DNA of 64,000 bases from Selaginella moellendorffii. Lineage: Eukaryota; Plantae; Lycopodiophyta. Within the stretch, counting starts at the first letter, position 1, and each line of letters begins with the position of its first letter. The notes beneath the pieces are model-generated. The model saw only the letters and a program-made list of their open reading frames with translations, ran no database searches and was not told the DNA's origin. The position numbers were made by a program, and so were the translations under genes. Shown piece after piece: positions 25,243 to 39,300 of this stretch. The stretch spans positions 171,784-235,783 of the forward strand of contig NW_003314276.1 of the NCBI RefSeq assembly GCF_000143415.4. Reading direction: 5' to 3'.

Positions 25243-28200
25243 ATGGGATTACAACTCGATCATAGTGTAGAACCGGTGCCGCCTTTACATTATTTGCTTA
25301 CTCAAATATCGGGCTATATTTGCTCTTTTCAAGTCTTTCTAGGGTTATGGAAGAATGGCGATGGAAATCAGGTGCCGCATTCCTGATGCCCATGAACTAT
25401 CAGTCCTCTGCGTCGCCTTCAATAATTACCGGAATGAGGTCTACAGTGGGTCACAGGATTGCCTTATCAAAGTATGTAGTAAAGAATTTACAATTTTCTG
25501 ACCATGACCTTTCTGCGACTAGATTTGGGATGTCGAGTCTGGGAGCCAGATTAGAATTCAAGAAGGTCATCAAGCATGGGTTACAGATCTTTTATATTCC
25601 GAACTTGTGAAAATTCTTTTCTCGTGCTCGTTGGACGGTAAAGTTCTTGCATGGTCGGATAAAGGAAAGTTGCTTCAGGTACATTCATGTTATTCTTTTC
25701 TCTCATAATACTAGACGTCGTTTATGGTTTTGTAGGTTGTTGAGTTCGGAGGACCTGTCTATTCCTTGGCTTGGGATGGAAAAGGAAAGCATGTAATAGC
25801 CGGAGGAAAAGGAGTCGTGCAGCTTTACCGTGTGATTCGTTCTTCTGCCAGTGTGTATATTAAGTCGGGCTCTGCGAGCCAGAAGATGGGAACCGTAATT
25901 ACAACAACTTTGGTGTTCATGGTGTCCTGCTTTTGTGTTGATTGCAGGTAAAGTTTATGCAACCGAGCATATTCAGCTTTGTCCACAAAAACATAGTCCA
26001 AGGTGTCTGCTGTTCTCATGTGGGAAACGTATTTACTGCTGGGTAAGCTACTTCTTCAATACCTTTTCTCTTTATAGCTGTTTTTTAGACACGATCGATG
26101 CATTTGTCTATTCGAGAGCCTGAAGCCAGGAACAACAATGATGCGCTTGACGGACTGCCATGAAGTACCGCACCTTCTTTATGATTCTATATAACTTTGA
26201 GGTTTTACCTAACATCGGTTGATTGCTGTAACTGGCATCTCTCGTATAGGGAGCAATAACTGCAGTAGCTTATGATAAAGATGCAAAAACATTGATTACG
26301 GGATCGTATGATGGATCTATCAAAATTTGGAGCCACGAGGGACATTGCTTGGACGAGTTCATTGGCGTAACGGACTCTGTTTCTTCTATTGCATACATCC
26401 CCGAAACAAAGTGCTTATGGGTTACAGGTCGAAAAAAGTAAGTTGTGCTTTCCAACATGCCGCGACGCTGGAAAATGTTTATGTGCAGCACAGCACTCCT
26501 TCAATTATTGACACTTTGGCTCCATCGGACGTGACCGAGTGGGTAGCTGACACATGTGGAATTCGTAATCTACCTTTGACCAAGGTCTGCTGTTTATTTT
26601 GATTCACAAATACATTCCCAATTTGTTTTAGGTATATCATGCTGCTGATAAAGAGCTCGCGATTGGAGTTTGCGGAGGGTTGGAACTAATTATTTGGAGA
26701 TTTAACCGCTTTGGACCACATCGTGTTCTTCAGGGACATGCAGACTGGGTGGAGTGCGTAGTTTTATGTTATCGAAAGCCTCCAAAGATAAGTGAAGAGG
26801 ACAATCAGAAGCCAAAGAAAAAAGACGCAGCAAATAACGGTGGTCCTAAAAGAGTTACTTTTACAGCCGCAGGCGACGGACCTATATCACCCTCGTCATC
26901 ACCAGAACCTGAAGCTCCTGTTCAACACCAAACCTTTATATCTCCGACTGCTACACAAATTGGATCGTTACTAGATACCGAAATTTACAGTGCGGGTGCA
27001 GATGGTTCTATTCTTAAGTGGAAACCAAGTCCTGGCAACAATTGTGATTCATGGACTATGCATGAGTATGCCCCTCCATGTGGTTCTGCTGTCTTATGCA
27101 TGATCCATGATCCGACTTCGGATGTGCTGGTGACAGGTACTGCGTCATAGCAATTACTTTGTTACAGGATTTTTACAGGGTCCGAAGACTGTAAAATACG
27201 AATATGGAACCTTGATACACAGCCCACTGTATCACGGTGCCAGGTAGCTGGGGGCGAGGTAACAGGTCCGGACGTGCTTCGTGGCCATGAAGCAAAAATC
27301 GTTGGACTTTGCGTTCACAATGAAGAGGTCAGACTTTGATGGACGTTATGTAAGCCAATAAGTCAATTTTCTATCTGCAGTTTTTGATTTCTGCATCTTA
27401 TGACAAAACGCTCAGATGGTGGAATTTACCTTTTCGATTGCCATTAGAGGGTATAGAAAGTGCTCATGAACTGCCCATTGAGGTTTGAAATTATTTTTCT
27501 GCATCAAACATTCATAAACGTTTTTAAATTCCGCAGGGCATGCAGTATAGTCCTCCCAGAGGTGAGATAGCCACATGCGGAGGTGGAAACTTCTTGAAAA
27601 TCTGGAATGCCACAAAAAAGAAATTAATAACCACCTTGATTGGTGGTACAGGAAATATAATTATGGTGAGATGTTGCACTTTCTATTTCACATTATCTCA
27701 CTTCTAACAATTTGAAGATTAAGTGGTGCAACCTTGACAACGGATTTTGGATTACCGCGTCAGATGAAGGAGAAATTGCAATGTGGGATCCAGATGCCGG
27801 TTGTGTCACCAAGACAATGTGTCATAAGAAAGAGCCGGTAACCTGCTTATTTGTGGATGAAATTAACAAGCTGGTGCTGATGAGCATGCTGTCTGATCAC
27901 TTTATTCGGGGTTTTGACTTGAATATGGAGAAGGAGCTGTGCACCTACGTTGGCCATAAGGATCAAATCCATTCGCTTGTTCACTTTCCGCACAGAAAGC
28001 AGTATCTCTCAGGCTCATGGGACAGCACAATTCGCGCATGGCTTACTCCTGATTCAAGAGTAGAGCCTAAGCCGGTTGTCATTAGAACAGCTGTCGAAGA
28101 GAAAGACGTGGATCCTTTACAAGAGGAGCCACTTATAAGCAGCTATGAAAAAGAATATCCTTTGGTACCTCCAAAAACTTTACAAAATGCAGGTCCTGCA

Positions 28201-28368
28201 ATGTTTCCGACCAAACGTCCAGATTCTCGAGAAACAATCCCTGCAACAGGTTCGTCCTTACCGTCAAGAACCTCTTCCTCGAGCCAAAGTAGCAGCCAAG
28301 CTGGCTCTAATCTAAGGCTGTCGAAGAGGCTCCAGGACCTGGACATGATCCTGAAACCGCATGCTTGA
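25243..28368 (+). CDS. Multi-exon host gene: WD40-repeat protein
   Basis: Exons encode AHELSVLCVAF...SGSQDCLIK, ITGSYDGSIKIW, GHADWVECV, GSEDCKIRIWN, GHEAKIVGL and GHKDQIHSL...LSGSWDSTIRAW. Start uncertain (25243 or ~25355). Confidence 0.85.
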
Positions 28369-29019
28369 TTTAAACAAAAACAGTAAATGGATTTGGATAT
28401 CTTCTATCGAGGAATGAATTTCCATGCTTGCTGGTAATCAGATAGAGGCCTATACTTCTTTCATGTGAATTTTAAAATGTATTGTGTTATGCTAATCCTT
28501 TCCTCTTGATCGTGGAGTGTGTGGTACCGTTTAATTTGGGACTGAGACTCGCACCTTTGGTAAATCGTCACATGTAGAATTTGGATGTGGAATTTGGAAC
28601 TTGAAATTTGCTTGGATACGCTGTTCAACGCTTCTTTCATACAATTTATTCGTCTATATCTACTTTTTTATATTGGGGTACCACAAACTCCTAGGGGCTG
28701 CATTGCAAACACAGTAGCAATGGATAACGTACCTACGATGCATGTGCCACCCAAAGTCGGTATTTGAGCAAAGGCGTGGAAGGCATTTTGCAGTGGCATT
28801 AGCAGGAGAAACAGTCTGGTTTTCCTAGAAGGATGAAAAGTACAACATACCCAATGATGTCCGGGGGATTTGAGATGCGGGCATCTACAGAGATGGTGCA
28901 GTTATGGAGATGACGGCTTAGCTAGTATAAAGCATTGTAATTTGGTCTCGTGAGGTTAGGCTGGACCTCACTTGTGAATTGAAGTGTTTACCAGTGTTTG
29001 AAAGTGTGTTTTTTTAGCC

Positions 29020-30499
29020 CTTCCTGCTCATTATCTTTCTCTGGCTCCTCATGCCCCTCCTGCATTTCTTCCATAGGCTGCTCAGGCTGGATGGCTTGTT
29101 CTTCCAGGACCATCTTGGGAAAATCATCTGGCCGAGTCTCCATCTCAAAATACAAGACATCCATAGCCTGTTTTAGTGCGTGACCTAGGACCGTATCCTC
29201 ACCCGACTGTCTTAACATGGTTTCTGCACGTTCTTACACCCTTCAAAGACGACGAGATGAGAAAAATGTGGCCCTGACTTGAAAAGCATCCTTCATCCAT
29301 TGTACCTCTCCATTGAGATTGGGGAAGGGGAGTCCACCATAGGAATCTGAGTCAGGAGGTGGTGACTGCCTGCTTTCACTCAGCCCTTGATCTGCAATGA
29401 ATGGCATGAGCACACACGCCATAACCGCGAGGCATTACCTATCATCTTTTCGTTGCCCTTCTTCCTTTTCGAATCAAACGCCTCTGATCCTGATGACTGT
29501 CCAACGTGCTTTTGCTTTTTATGACCACTGTCAGTTTGAGCTTGGCTAGTGCTTGCCTGTTTTGCCTTTGAAGAAGTGTCTCCTGCAAGGAATGGCATGA
29601 GACCACACGCCATTGCAAATATAATTTGTACCTCCTTTTTTCCTATTGCTTGTCTGTTTGTCCTTCGACGCGCCACCAGTGCGCTTTTCAGTCCTCGTGT
29701 CTGAATATTCACAACGATCTATAATCAAAATGGCGTGAGGCCTCACGTGACCTTACCTTGTGCAGGTTGTGAGCTCGGCCCAACATGGGTATCTTCAACA
29801 GTAGCTGTTAACGCCGTTTCAGCATCTGGGGGTGGCCACGCTCCTGCATACAGAGCTTGTGAGATAACATTTAAACTTAAAGTGCATACTCACCAGGTTC
29901 GCAGAGAAAATACTGTTTTTCTTTGGCAACTGTAATTATATGCTCCATTGAAGTCACCTCTTCAATGGAGTTTGTCACCGCAACACACGGGACACCCTTG
30001 AGTAGTGCGGCTCGAAAGAATAGTCTGCCGCAGTTGTACTCGACAACGCATTTGCCCTTGGAGTCGGAAGCAGGTGACCCACCCGCTATTGCGTTGAAGA
30101 CCCAGCTAAGCATTTCCCATGCTGCACCTGGAGCTTTCTTTGGATTCAAAAGCTCCATAGTCGTCTTCAGTTCCTCAGGCACGGGTAAATTGACCTCCCT
30201 CAGATCAATTCGATCGGCCTTGTCGAACAAAGCTGGGAAGTCTTCTTAGCCATTATCCCATGGATCTCCCGCATCTCCTTGCCTTTCAACCGAGCCTTCA
30301 CCTTGTTCAAGGCCTTCCAGAACTTGTGATAGGATTCGGAGTCGTAGATCATATAGTGGACTGAAGATTCCACCTCCGCAAGTCCCACCATTAAGTCAAT
30401 GATGGAGCTGACTTCGTCTGCATGAGTGATCTCCTCGTTTGTGAAGTCCATCACACAAAAGATGTTCTTGACCTGCTCATCTCCGCGGGAAATGATGCT
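29020..30499 (-). mobile_element. Inverted partial copy of the Sola-element cargo gene (equivalent to 38219-39775, with a ~70-bp internal deletion)
   Basis: Near-identical peptides (MDFTNEEITHADEV..., AAWEMLSWVFNAIAGG..., MLRQSGEDTVLGHALK). Retains three palindromes at 29401, 29592 and 29730. Confidence 0.92.
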
Positions 30500-31356
30500 A
30501 AAAGTATAGTAGGGATAGTGAGGTCCAGAAACCAGTCTTGAAAGAACTCTCTAGTGGTGCTTTGAGACTGGGGCTGAGGGGCCTTGGGTGGGAGTGAGCA
30601 TGGACTCAGGTTGTTTCGGAGGGGCCACCCAAGGAAGTGCTCAAGAGCAGCTCCCACTCCTGAAAGGGAAACCGACTGCTCCTGGCTCATGTGGAGTGGT
30701 GCCCCACTTGAGTACCTTGTGGCTCATTGGTCCTCGCCCTTCCTAGGGGCTTGGGCCTTCCCTTCGGGATGGGAATGGGGGGGTAGAGGTACCCATACCG
30801 GGTTGTTAGGCCACGGTGTTTCACCCCGGCAGCCCGAAGCAAGTGTTGCACCTAAGGCTTGGGATTTAGAGGGTCCCATGATCAAGTTTTGTTGTACCAA
30901 AGGGTGTTAGGAACCTGGAGGCTTGGTGTGCTTGGCTGCTTGTGTCTATGGGGAGTGTACCCGGACCTTAAGTCCAGTCTAACCTAGGGAGGGAGATTGG
31001 GAGAGATTTGGGAATCTGTGGATGGATGGCTAATGCTCTGTTGCTTATGCAATGAATAGTTGAAACCAAGTAGGACCAAGTAGGAGATGGTACAATAGGC
31101 GGGAACCTTGGCAAGGGAACTTAGCTAAAGCCAAGGTAGTGTTGGGCAGATAGACGAGGTAAGCTGGCAAATTAGAAAGGAAAAATTTGTGGCTTACAAT
31201 TTGGTATCGGAGCCTTTTCCTCAATTGTAGCCAAGGATAGAGGTAGATTGCTAGGAGATGGCAAAGGCAGGGCATAAACAAACCAAGGCAGAGATGGAAC
31301 CTCCTCCGAAGTTGGACGCTCCAATCGAACAAGAGGCTATGGATGAGAAACCCTTG
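30500..31356 (+). mobile_element. Truncated family A LTR (30500-31198), PBS and gag start, split by the DNA transposon; gag resumes at 42167-42226
   Basis: Matches 2069-2890. The gag sequence ...GAGAAACCCTTG|TATGAGGAGGACTCTAGTGAG is colinear with the reverse complement of 7800-7922. Confidence 0.88.
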
Positions 31357-32044
31357 AAGCTCTATTTCGTTGAAGTGGGATTTATTTAGTAAAATGGGAC
31401 TAGGTACAAATTTTCAAGTATTTGAAAATGACGTGAAATTATATGTTTTTTGTCCAGGGGCTAGACATATCTGGGGCATGGTGACTAGCGCGGTGACTTT
31501 GTGTCCAGACTGAGTCCATCTGGTTGTATAATAAATCTCATTGTCAAGGTGAACAAGCCGAATCTGAAGCTAAAGAAGAGCGATGGCATGCGCGCACACA
31601 CTATTTGTTTGTTCATTGAGCGTGTGGTGAGCTTTCCAAGATGAACGTCATTCCTATTAGCCAGACATATAACTTAATGGTGAGAACATTTAGATATTAT
31701 TCAATGTTATCTTTTTCTAACGAATCTAATTGTGAAGGTGTAGCAAGAGGCATTGCTAGTCTGGAGAAGTCATTTAACTCATTTGACCCTTAGTGTATTT
31801 TCATGAAACTAAATAACATTCATATTATTAAGGAATTTCTCTAGTACCTTTTTTTTACGACATAGAGGCTTGCATTTCTTTCAAAGGTGATTTAGTAAAA
31901 GGCCTGAGGGCACATGCCATTCTATTTCTCAGACCGGTATTAAGATATACTAGTGCAAAGGGCCACATGCCATCACGCCTCCTCTGATTCAGATTCGGAT
32001 TGTTCACCTTGAAATAAAATACATTAGAAACTTATAAAAAAATA

Positions 32045-35000
32045 TTAATGAATCTCACCTTGAACCCGGGTTATGAATGCTCTTGCTGCATCTCTTGCAT
32101 GGTCTGGCAAGGTGATGGTGGCACTCTGCTTCCGCATCCAACCATGCACAACATTATCCACCGATATGCTCATGCTGGGATCCCTTGGATTCAGCACCCA
32201 TCTCTTTTCTAGGCAATCCTTCGTATATCCGGAACTTGGCTTGAACCACTCCACAGTTACATTGAAGGAGTTAGTTTCTGCGTCCTCCTCTGCATCAGTG
32301 ATGCAGCGCCCCACCCATATCATTTGTTTTTTATTACTGGGTCTGACAAGCACGACCATTCCTTTGCAGACCTGTACTGGATTGAATGCTGAATCCGGCT
32401 TCTTGTTCCTCGGCCCACAATAGTGATCCTCAACATCGTTATCTGTCACTGCATTTCCAGAGGACATTGTTCCGCTACTATCTGGTGCTCTGGGTTCTGG
32501 CCAAAAGGACTCTTCCAATTCTTCATATACAACCGGCCCATTTTGGATAGCAGATATAATCTTCTCCCAGTATTCGAGCAAAGGCTTGCACCTCTTAAAA
32601 TAGGATTCTCCACCAAACACCAACCCCCTCTTCCAGAAGGCAATATGCTGTCTAATCCCGGCCACTATACTTTCCTGGTCTTTGAGTCCATCCGGGTGCA
32701 TCGGCCGTGGGGAACCCTGAGGAATCATAGGTTCCCCAGTTATGGGATCTCTCTTGAAGAGTTCAATGCTGTCCACTGGCAGCCACACTGTGTCCCATTC
32801 TCTCATCTTGTACCTCATCACTGGAGCACCGTCACGCATGCTGAAATGAAACTGAAGAGGCTTGGAGTGGCCAATCAGCGTTTTGGATCCGTCCCTGATG
32901 TAGCCTCTTACAAACCCCTTAAAGTCTGGAACCTCTGTCACAAGTGCAGCTTCAACAGTGCCTTTGATGCAATTTTGGAATTCATCGTAGAGTTGTGGGA
33001 GGGTGAGGACATTGGATCGCCGGAGGGACTCTGCGAGGTGACTGAACATGGCATCGACGTCTTCATGAGTGTGCCCAACCATGAGAAAGCCAAGTGTAAC
33101 CGTTTCAAATATGCCTTTGGCAACAAGCATCGCCAAGTACGCGAAGACGTACATGTTTTTGTTCTCACTGCCAGCATTGTCTGTTTGGAGCAGAAGATGG
33201 GGTGGAAGGCCACATCGGCTGCAAGAACTTCCTTGAGATTCTGCTTCGTTTGGATGAGGCTGTGCATTCACCGGGCGACTAGCCTCGTCGGAATGGCATG
33301 AGGCCTCACGTGATAACCCTACAATCTGACGGCCAACATATTCACTGGGATGGCATGGGGCCCCACGCGATACTGCAAGCCTTTGCTCCTCCTCCAGCTG
33401 AACCCTGTATGGGGTTCGATCGACAAGGGCCTTATGCAAGGGTTGGCCGTTCAGCTCAGTCTGCGCACTTTGCAGAGACCTTAAGTGTTTTGCTAGGGAC
33501 GCAATCATCATGTTTGCACCCCCGCCACCCCATAGAGGTACAAAGAAGTTCCCATAGTTCTGGGCACCATGCCCATGAGCGATTATGCCAAACAGAGACA
33601 CAGGCAGTTGCATGGATGAAGAGATTGCCTTGGGGGTAGGATTGAGTCGAGGTAAGCACGTCTTTTTCTGGTCCATTTTGTCGTGGATGATGCAGAGGTA
33701 AGAGTCAAGTCTCTCCATGGAGAGAATCCTGTTATGATAATATGCAGTCCTGCAGCTTCTCTGCTCGATGTTGTGGTCGAGCCGCCTTCTAACCAACGTC
33801 TCTCGCTCTTGAGCGCTGTAAGAATTCTTCGACAAAGCCATTTTGATAGTAGTGCACTCGTCACACTTTGAAAAGCTGGAGTACTTTCCTATACTCACAT
33901 CCCTGAACCTGTTGCTCCACAATCTACTAAATCTAGATTGGCTCAGCTTCCTGTAGCCATTACTCTGGAGTTCCCGATTCACATCTTCCAATATGGCCCC
34001 CTTGGTATACATGGAAGGGAGAACTCGTTGGGTGTCTCGTGTTCCATCTTCCAAGAGGCGGGTTTTATGTGGTTGCTGCTCGCTACATGTCTCGACAAAC
34101 CTCTTGAAGATTGCCTCTCCATATACAACATGACCCCTGGTTTTGTGCGTACCGTCGTTCCCATGGACTGCCTGTTGAACCCTTTGTTCCTCGAACTCAG
34201 TTTTGATTCTGTAGAATGTGGATCGAGGGACTCCATAAATGATTCTCCATGCCTTCATGCAGACCAAACCCCTCTGGAAGACCATGCCCCCCACCTGATG
34301 TTCTGAAGCATCAACAGATGACCGTAATGCCTCATACACAAAATTGCGAGCTGCCTTCCAGGACAATGTCTTGTATCTTGCTCTTTCCTCTTCAATAGCA
34401 TCCCAATCAGCATGTTGACAGCACCTCCTCTTGCAACAAGCAACTGTCGAGACCATTCGAACCTCCATCGCCATTTTCTGCCTTTTCGGTTCGTTGCTCA
34501 GATCCCTTTGGCTGCGCTGTAGGAAGGTGTACTTTCTTTTCCCATGAAGAGATGTTCTGTCATCAGTTGTAGTGGTGTTTGATTGTGAATCCTTCACATT
34601 CTCAAACACTAAATGCCTCAATTTCCACCGCACAATGCTTCCAATAGTCAGACTGTTTTCTTCTGTGTCAACAACCTCTAAAATCGCAACTCCAATATCA
34701 TCCCAGCCCAATTCTTGATTAGCAACCGCATCTCTTGGATCGACAACTGTGGCTAAGCCCTCAGCTACCACCTCCCCCTCGGGGTTGTTTAGAAACACCT
34801 TTGCCTGAATCCATGTAGCACGGTTCTTAAGATCCACGGAGGGAACATGCGTCGCACTTGCGCTGTCCCCAACATCTGCTTTCTTCTGCAGATTTTTCAA
34901 GGCAACAACAACATTTACCCCGACGACCATCTCTCCTCATTCAATAGCGACCACATTCCCATCGAAGACAGTCTTTACTGATACAGCAGCATTGCCTTCC

Positions 35001-35113
35001 CCAAGCCTTTGACAGTGTATAACAAAGTTCCGATCCATAGATACAAGGGTCCCTTTTGCAACTCTCTTCCCACCATTCAAAATGTAAACCTTTTCCCCAA
35101 CCCTGAAGGCCAT
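32045..35113 (-). pseudogene. Sola-type DDD transposase (~1,020 codons; one premature TGA at 34937-34939)
   Basis: Motifs CCKRRC, VCMKAW..IYG, FSKCDEC, IIHDKMDQKK, QTDNAGSENKN and FLMVGHTHEDVDAMFS. An upstream in-frame segment MAFRVGEKVY... starts at ATG 35113. Superfamily assigned from motif memory plus the 4-bp TSD. Confidence 0.78.
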
Positions 35114-35479
35114 TCTGAAAGTGCAGAAAAGAAGTTAAGACCATACAAAAAATGATTGGAGAATGGCCTAAATCATAACATACCAAACAACCTCAATAGC
35201 ATGAGGCCACATGCCATTATTCAAACATGCTATTGACACCCACGTGAAATGTCGCATTCACAAAATTGGCATGAGGCCTCATACCATTTTGATATACACA
35301 CAGCTGCAGGCAAGTAAAAACATACATGACAATACGCTAGCCATGAAATTGCAAGGGCCCAAGATGGCATGTGGCCTCATGCCATTTCTAAATGTGGTCC
35401 TAAACCATTCCATGGTGAACATACCAGGAAGCACAAGTGCCGAATATCAAGAGGAAGCGGTAGCCACACCAAAGACAGT

Positions 35480-35900
35480 GCCGCTCGCAACACCGCAACT
35501 ACTCGTAGCGCCGCTCGCAACACCGCAACTGCTCGTAGCGCCGCTCGCACAAACTGCCACTCGCATAAACTGCCGCTCGCAATGGCGCTCGCAATGCCGC
35601 AACCGCTTGTAGACGCATAAACCACAGCTCACAACGCCGCTTACACAAGCAGCGCTCACTGACATGGCGGGATTACCAACCGTCGTGACATTTCGCGCGT
35701 GTGAGGTTAGGTTTTGCATTTTGCTTCGTACTCGCGCTCGCACACTCACGCTCGCATCGCACTCCCACTCGCGCTCCCACTTCTCTATAGGTTTCTCGTG
35801 TGCATCGGCGTCCACTCGCGCTTGCATCACACTCGCGCTTGCATCACACTCGCGCTCGCATCGCGCTCGCATCGCGCTGGTGTGCATCGGCGTCCATTTC
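35480..35900. repeat. CpG-rich tandem repeats between the two divergent transposon genes
   Basis: 30-bp unit GCCGCTCGCAACACCGCAACTRCTCGTAGC (~2.3 copies) and CACTCGCGCTYGCATCR-like repeats. Confidence 0.7.
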
Positions 35901-36340
35901 AAGACACACCCAGTTTGTAACTTCGCCGCCAACTCCGCCGCCCACTCCGCCACCCACACGCAGCCCACTTGGCGTCCCGGGAGATTTCAGCGCCACTCTC
36001 CAACTGTAAGTGGCAGAGTAGCCTTGCTGCTACGATCCGCTACACACACAGTGCACATTCGCCAGCGAGTCCGGTTGTCATGCCTCCATTCGGCTTCAAA
36101 TGGTAAGTCTTTAGGCCAAGTAGAAAATGGCATGAGGCCACATGCCATTCAGTAGCAACATTGGCATGCACCGATTGGGCTCTCGAGTGCAGTCCGGTTA
36201 CAGATGGCGTGTAGCCTCACGCCATCTTAGGATGCAGCCTCAAGACATCTGATGCAGTGGTGAATGGCGTGTGGCCTCACGTTATTTCTAGCTACTAGCT
36301 TTTCATCTGTCAGCTCTAATTGTTGTGCATTTCTGAACAG

Positions 36341-39300
36341 GCGAGGAATTGCGTTCTTCTTACAGCCACTGTCAATGTGGATGCAGAGAAGGGGGAGGAG
36401 CTCACCAGTTGGACTTTCGGGATGGAAGGCGAGGATCTGAGGCTGTACAACACAGATGGTGGGAGAAAAGAATGCATGGGGATCCTCATCCAAGTGACAG
36501 ACACTCCATGCAGTTCCATGCAAGAATATGGACTGGCACTTTTGGTAGAGACAGCGTCTGCCTTCAAGATCCACCTTGCACATCCTAGCGGCTTCCCGGA
36601 GGGGGGCAGCGGCTATGAGGAATTCCTAGAGGGAGCTAGGGAGAGGTTGTCCAGGAGGCCCACAATTTCAAAAACGCTGCGGGTCTATGAAGATCACATG
36701 GAATCCACGGACCTCACCTACGGCGATGTTCAAAAATTATATTCCAACATTGAGCCGTTGAGAGTGACTCCAGTTCGCGAAGCAAAGGGGAAGGGGGTCG
36801 ATCTGGAAACTACCTCGAAGCAGAAAAGGGTGGTCAAGCTCAAGCCGACGTCCGACTCTCCTGCTCCAAAAAAGAAGCTACTTAGTGATGCCATTGCCTC
36901 GGGTTCGAACATTGCACCCACCAAAAAGAAGAGCCACAAAGAGCAGAAAGAGCAAGAAGAGGCAGCAAAAATCGTCGTAGATAATAGTACTTGTTACTAT
37001 TCCAACAAAGTATATACAATCGACGTGAGCCGTATCGACATCCAAAGCAAATACAACCACAGGCTAGTATCTGATGAGTGGGTGGAGAAATTGAAGCAGA
37101 AGATGCTGGCAAGTCCAGTAACACCCGACATCGCAGACGTGATCCCCTACTACCAAAAAATGAAGGGCGAGATGAGGTTTCCAGACTTGATCAATAGGAA
37201 AGTGTTGGACGATCAGAACATCCGGTTCTATGCCGTCTCCGGACAGCATTCTAGCTTGGCGATGCAAGAGATAGTTGTGGATATTATGGTGGGCGAGGAG
37301 GTGAAGAAAGTCTTCAAGACAAGAGTTGTCCGCCTGATAAAAGGCAACTCGCCCCTCCGATCTATCATATACATCTCCCACGCGCAGAATGTCAAGCAAG
37401 AAACGTGCTACAAATCGGGTCTGCACGAGACATTGGCACGAACACGGAAGCTCTGGGTTCAACTGAAGAAGCCACAAAAACCAGGACAAGGACGTGCACT
37501 AGCAACTAGCGCCTGGCAGGTAAGCCTCGTTGTATGTGGCATAGCATGTGGCCTCACGCCATTTCCATTGCAGGAATTCTCGAGTCTTCTCTCGAAAACA
37601 CTGGGGGTCAATGACACACTCAGCATCCATAACATTCTACTCGCGACAAAAGTTGTTTTTGACAAATGGGTAGATGTGCTGAGGAGGTACCATGACGGGG
37701 AGTTGCCAAACTCAATGGGTGTGGAGGACGGCCGGAAGCCCAATGATTTGAAGCTCAACGCCTTGCGTTTCTCGTGGTCTCTAGACGACGACGACCTTCT
37801 GACAGTGGCTAATGCTCTTCTACGTGGTGAGGTAGTCTTCAACAAGACCAAAATGACTCCCGGCCATATTGTGACATACGAGGACTTGTGCACGACTCTG
37901 AGAGCTCGTGCGCTATTGAAGGATTGGATCTTCGAGCAAGTGGCCGTGGAGAGGGTGAGCATCGACACCACGCAAGAGATGATGGAAGCGCTGGAGTTGT
38001 CAAATGAAGACATCGACGAGTACGTGAAGGGGGCCCCCAAGTTCATCGATCTGCTGCAGGATGCCACGAAAAGTAAAGCTGAGAAGTTGGATCAGTATCC
38101 AAATTTCATTAAGATTGATGTCGACCGCCGGCTTCAGAAACAGCTCGACCCCGCAGCAGAGGCCTATCGAGAACCTTACCGGGTATACTTGAATTCGGAT
38201 GAGGATCAAAGGTGGAGGAGCATCGTTTCCCGCGGAGATGAGCAGGTCAAGAACATCTTTTGTGTGATGGACTTCACAAACGAGGAGATCACTCATGCAG
38301 ACGAAGTCAGCTCCATCATTGACTTAATGGTGGGACTTGCGGAGGTGGAATCTTCAGTCCACTATATGATCTACGACTCCGAATCCTATCACAAGTTCTG
38401 GAAGGCCTTGAACGAGGTGAAGGCTCGGTTGAAAGGCAAGGAGATGCGGGAGATCCATGGGATAATGGCTAAGAAGAAGATACCGACGAATGTCCGCATC
38501 TTCACACTTGCCCTTGTTATTGGTCCTGCAGCAGAGTGGGACTGGAGTGACTTCCCAGCTTCGTTCGACAAGGCCAATCGAATTGATCTGAGGGAGGTCA
38601 ATTTACCCGTGCCTGAGGAACTGAAGACGGCTATGGAGCTTTCGAATCCAAAGAAAGCTCCAGGTGCAGCATGGGAAATGCTCAGCTGGGTCTTCAACGC
38701 AATAGCGGGTGGGTCACCTGCTTCCGACTCCAAGGGCAAATGCGTTGTCGAGTACAACTGCGGCGGACTATTCTTTCGAGCCGCACTACTCAAGGGTGTC
38801 CCGTGTGTTGTAGTGACAAACTCCATTGAAGAGGTGACTTCAATGGAGCATATAATTACAGTTGCCAAAGAAAAACAGTATCTTCTCTGCGAACCTGGTG
38901 AGTACGCACTTTAAGTTTAGATGTTATCTCACAAGCTCTGTATGCAGGAGCGTGGCCACCCCCAGATGCTGAAACGGCGTTAACAGCTACTGTTGAAGAT
39001 ACCCATGTTGGGCCGAGCTCACAACCTACACAAGGTAAGGTCACGTGAGGCCTCACGCCATTTTGATTATAGATCGTTGTGAATATTTAGACACGAGGAC
39101 TAAAAAGCGCACTGGTGGCGCATCGAAGAAGGACAAACAGACAAGCAATAGGAAAAAAGGAGGTACAAATTATATTTGCAATGGCGTGTGGTCTCATGCC
39201 ATTCCTTGCAGGAGAAACTTCTTCAAAGGCAAAACAGGCAAGCACCAGCCAAGCTCAAACTGACAGTGGTCATAAAAAGCGAAAGCACGTTGGACAGTCG

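Noticed and set aside
32423-33301. 292-aa antisense ORF over the transposase
   Set aside because: Shadow frame of a real coding strand, with no recognisable motifs.
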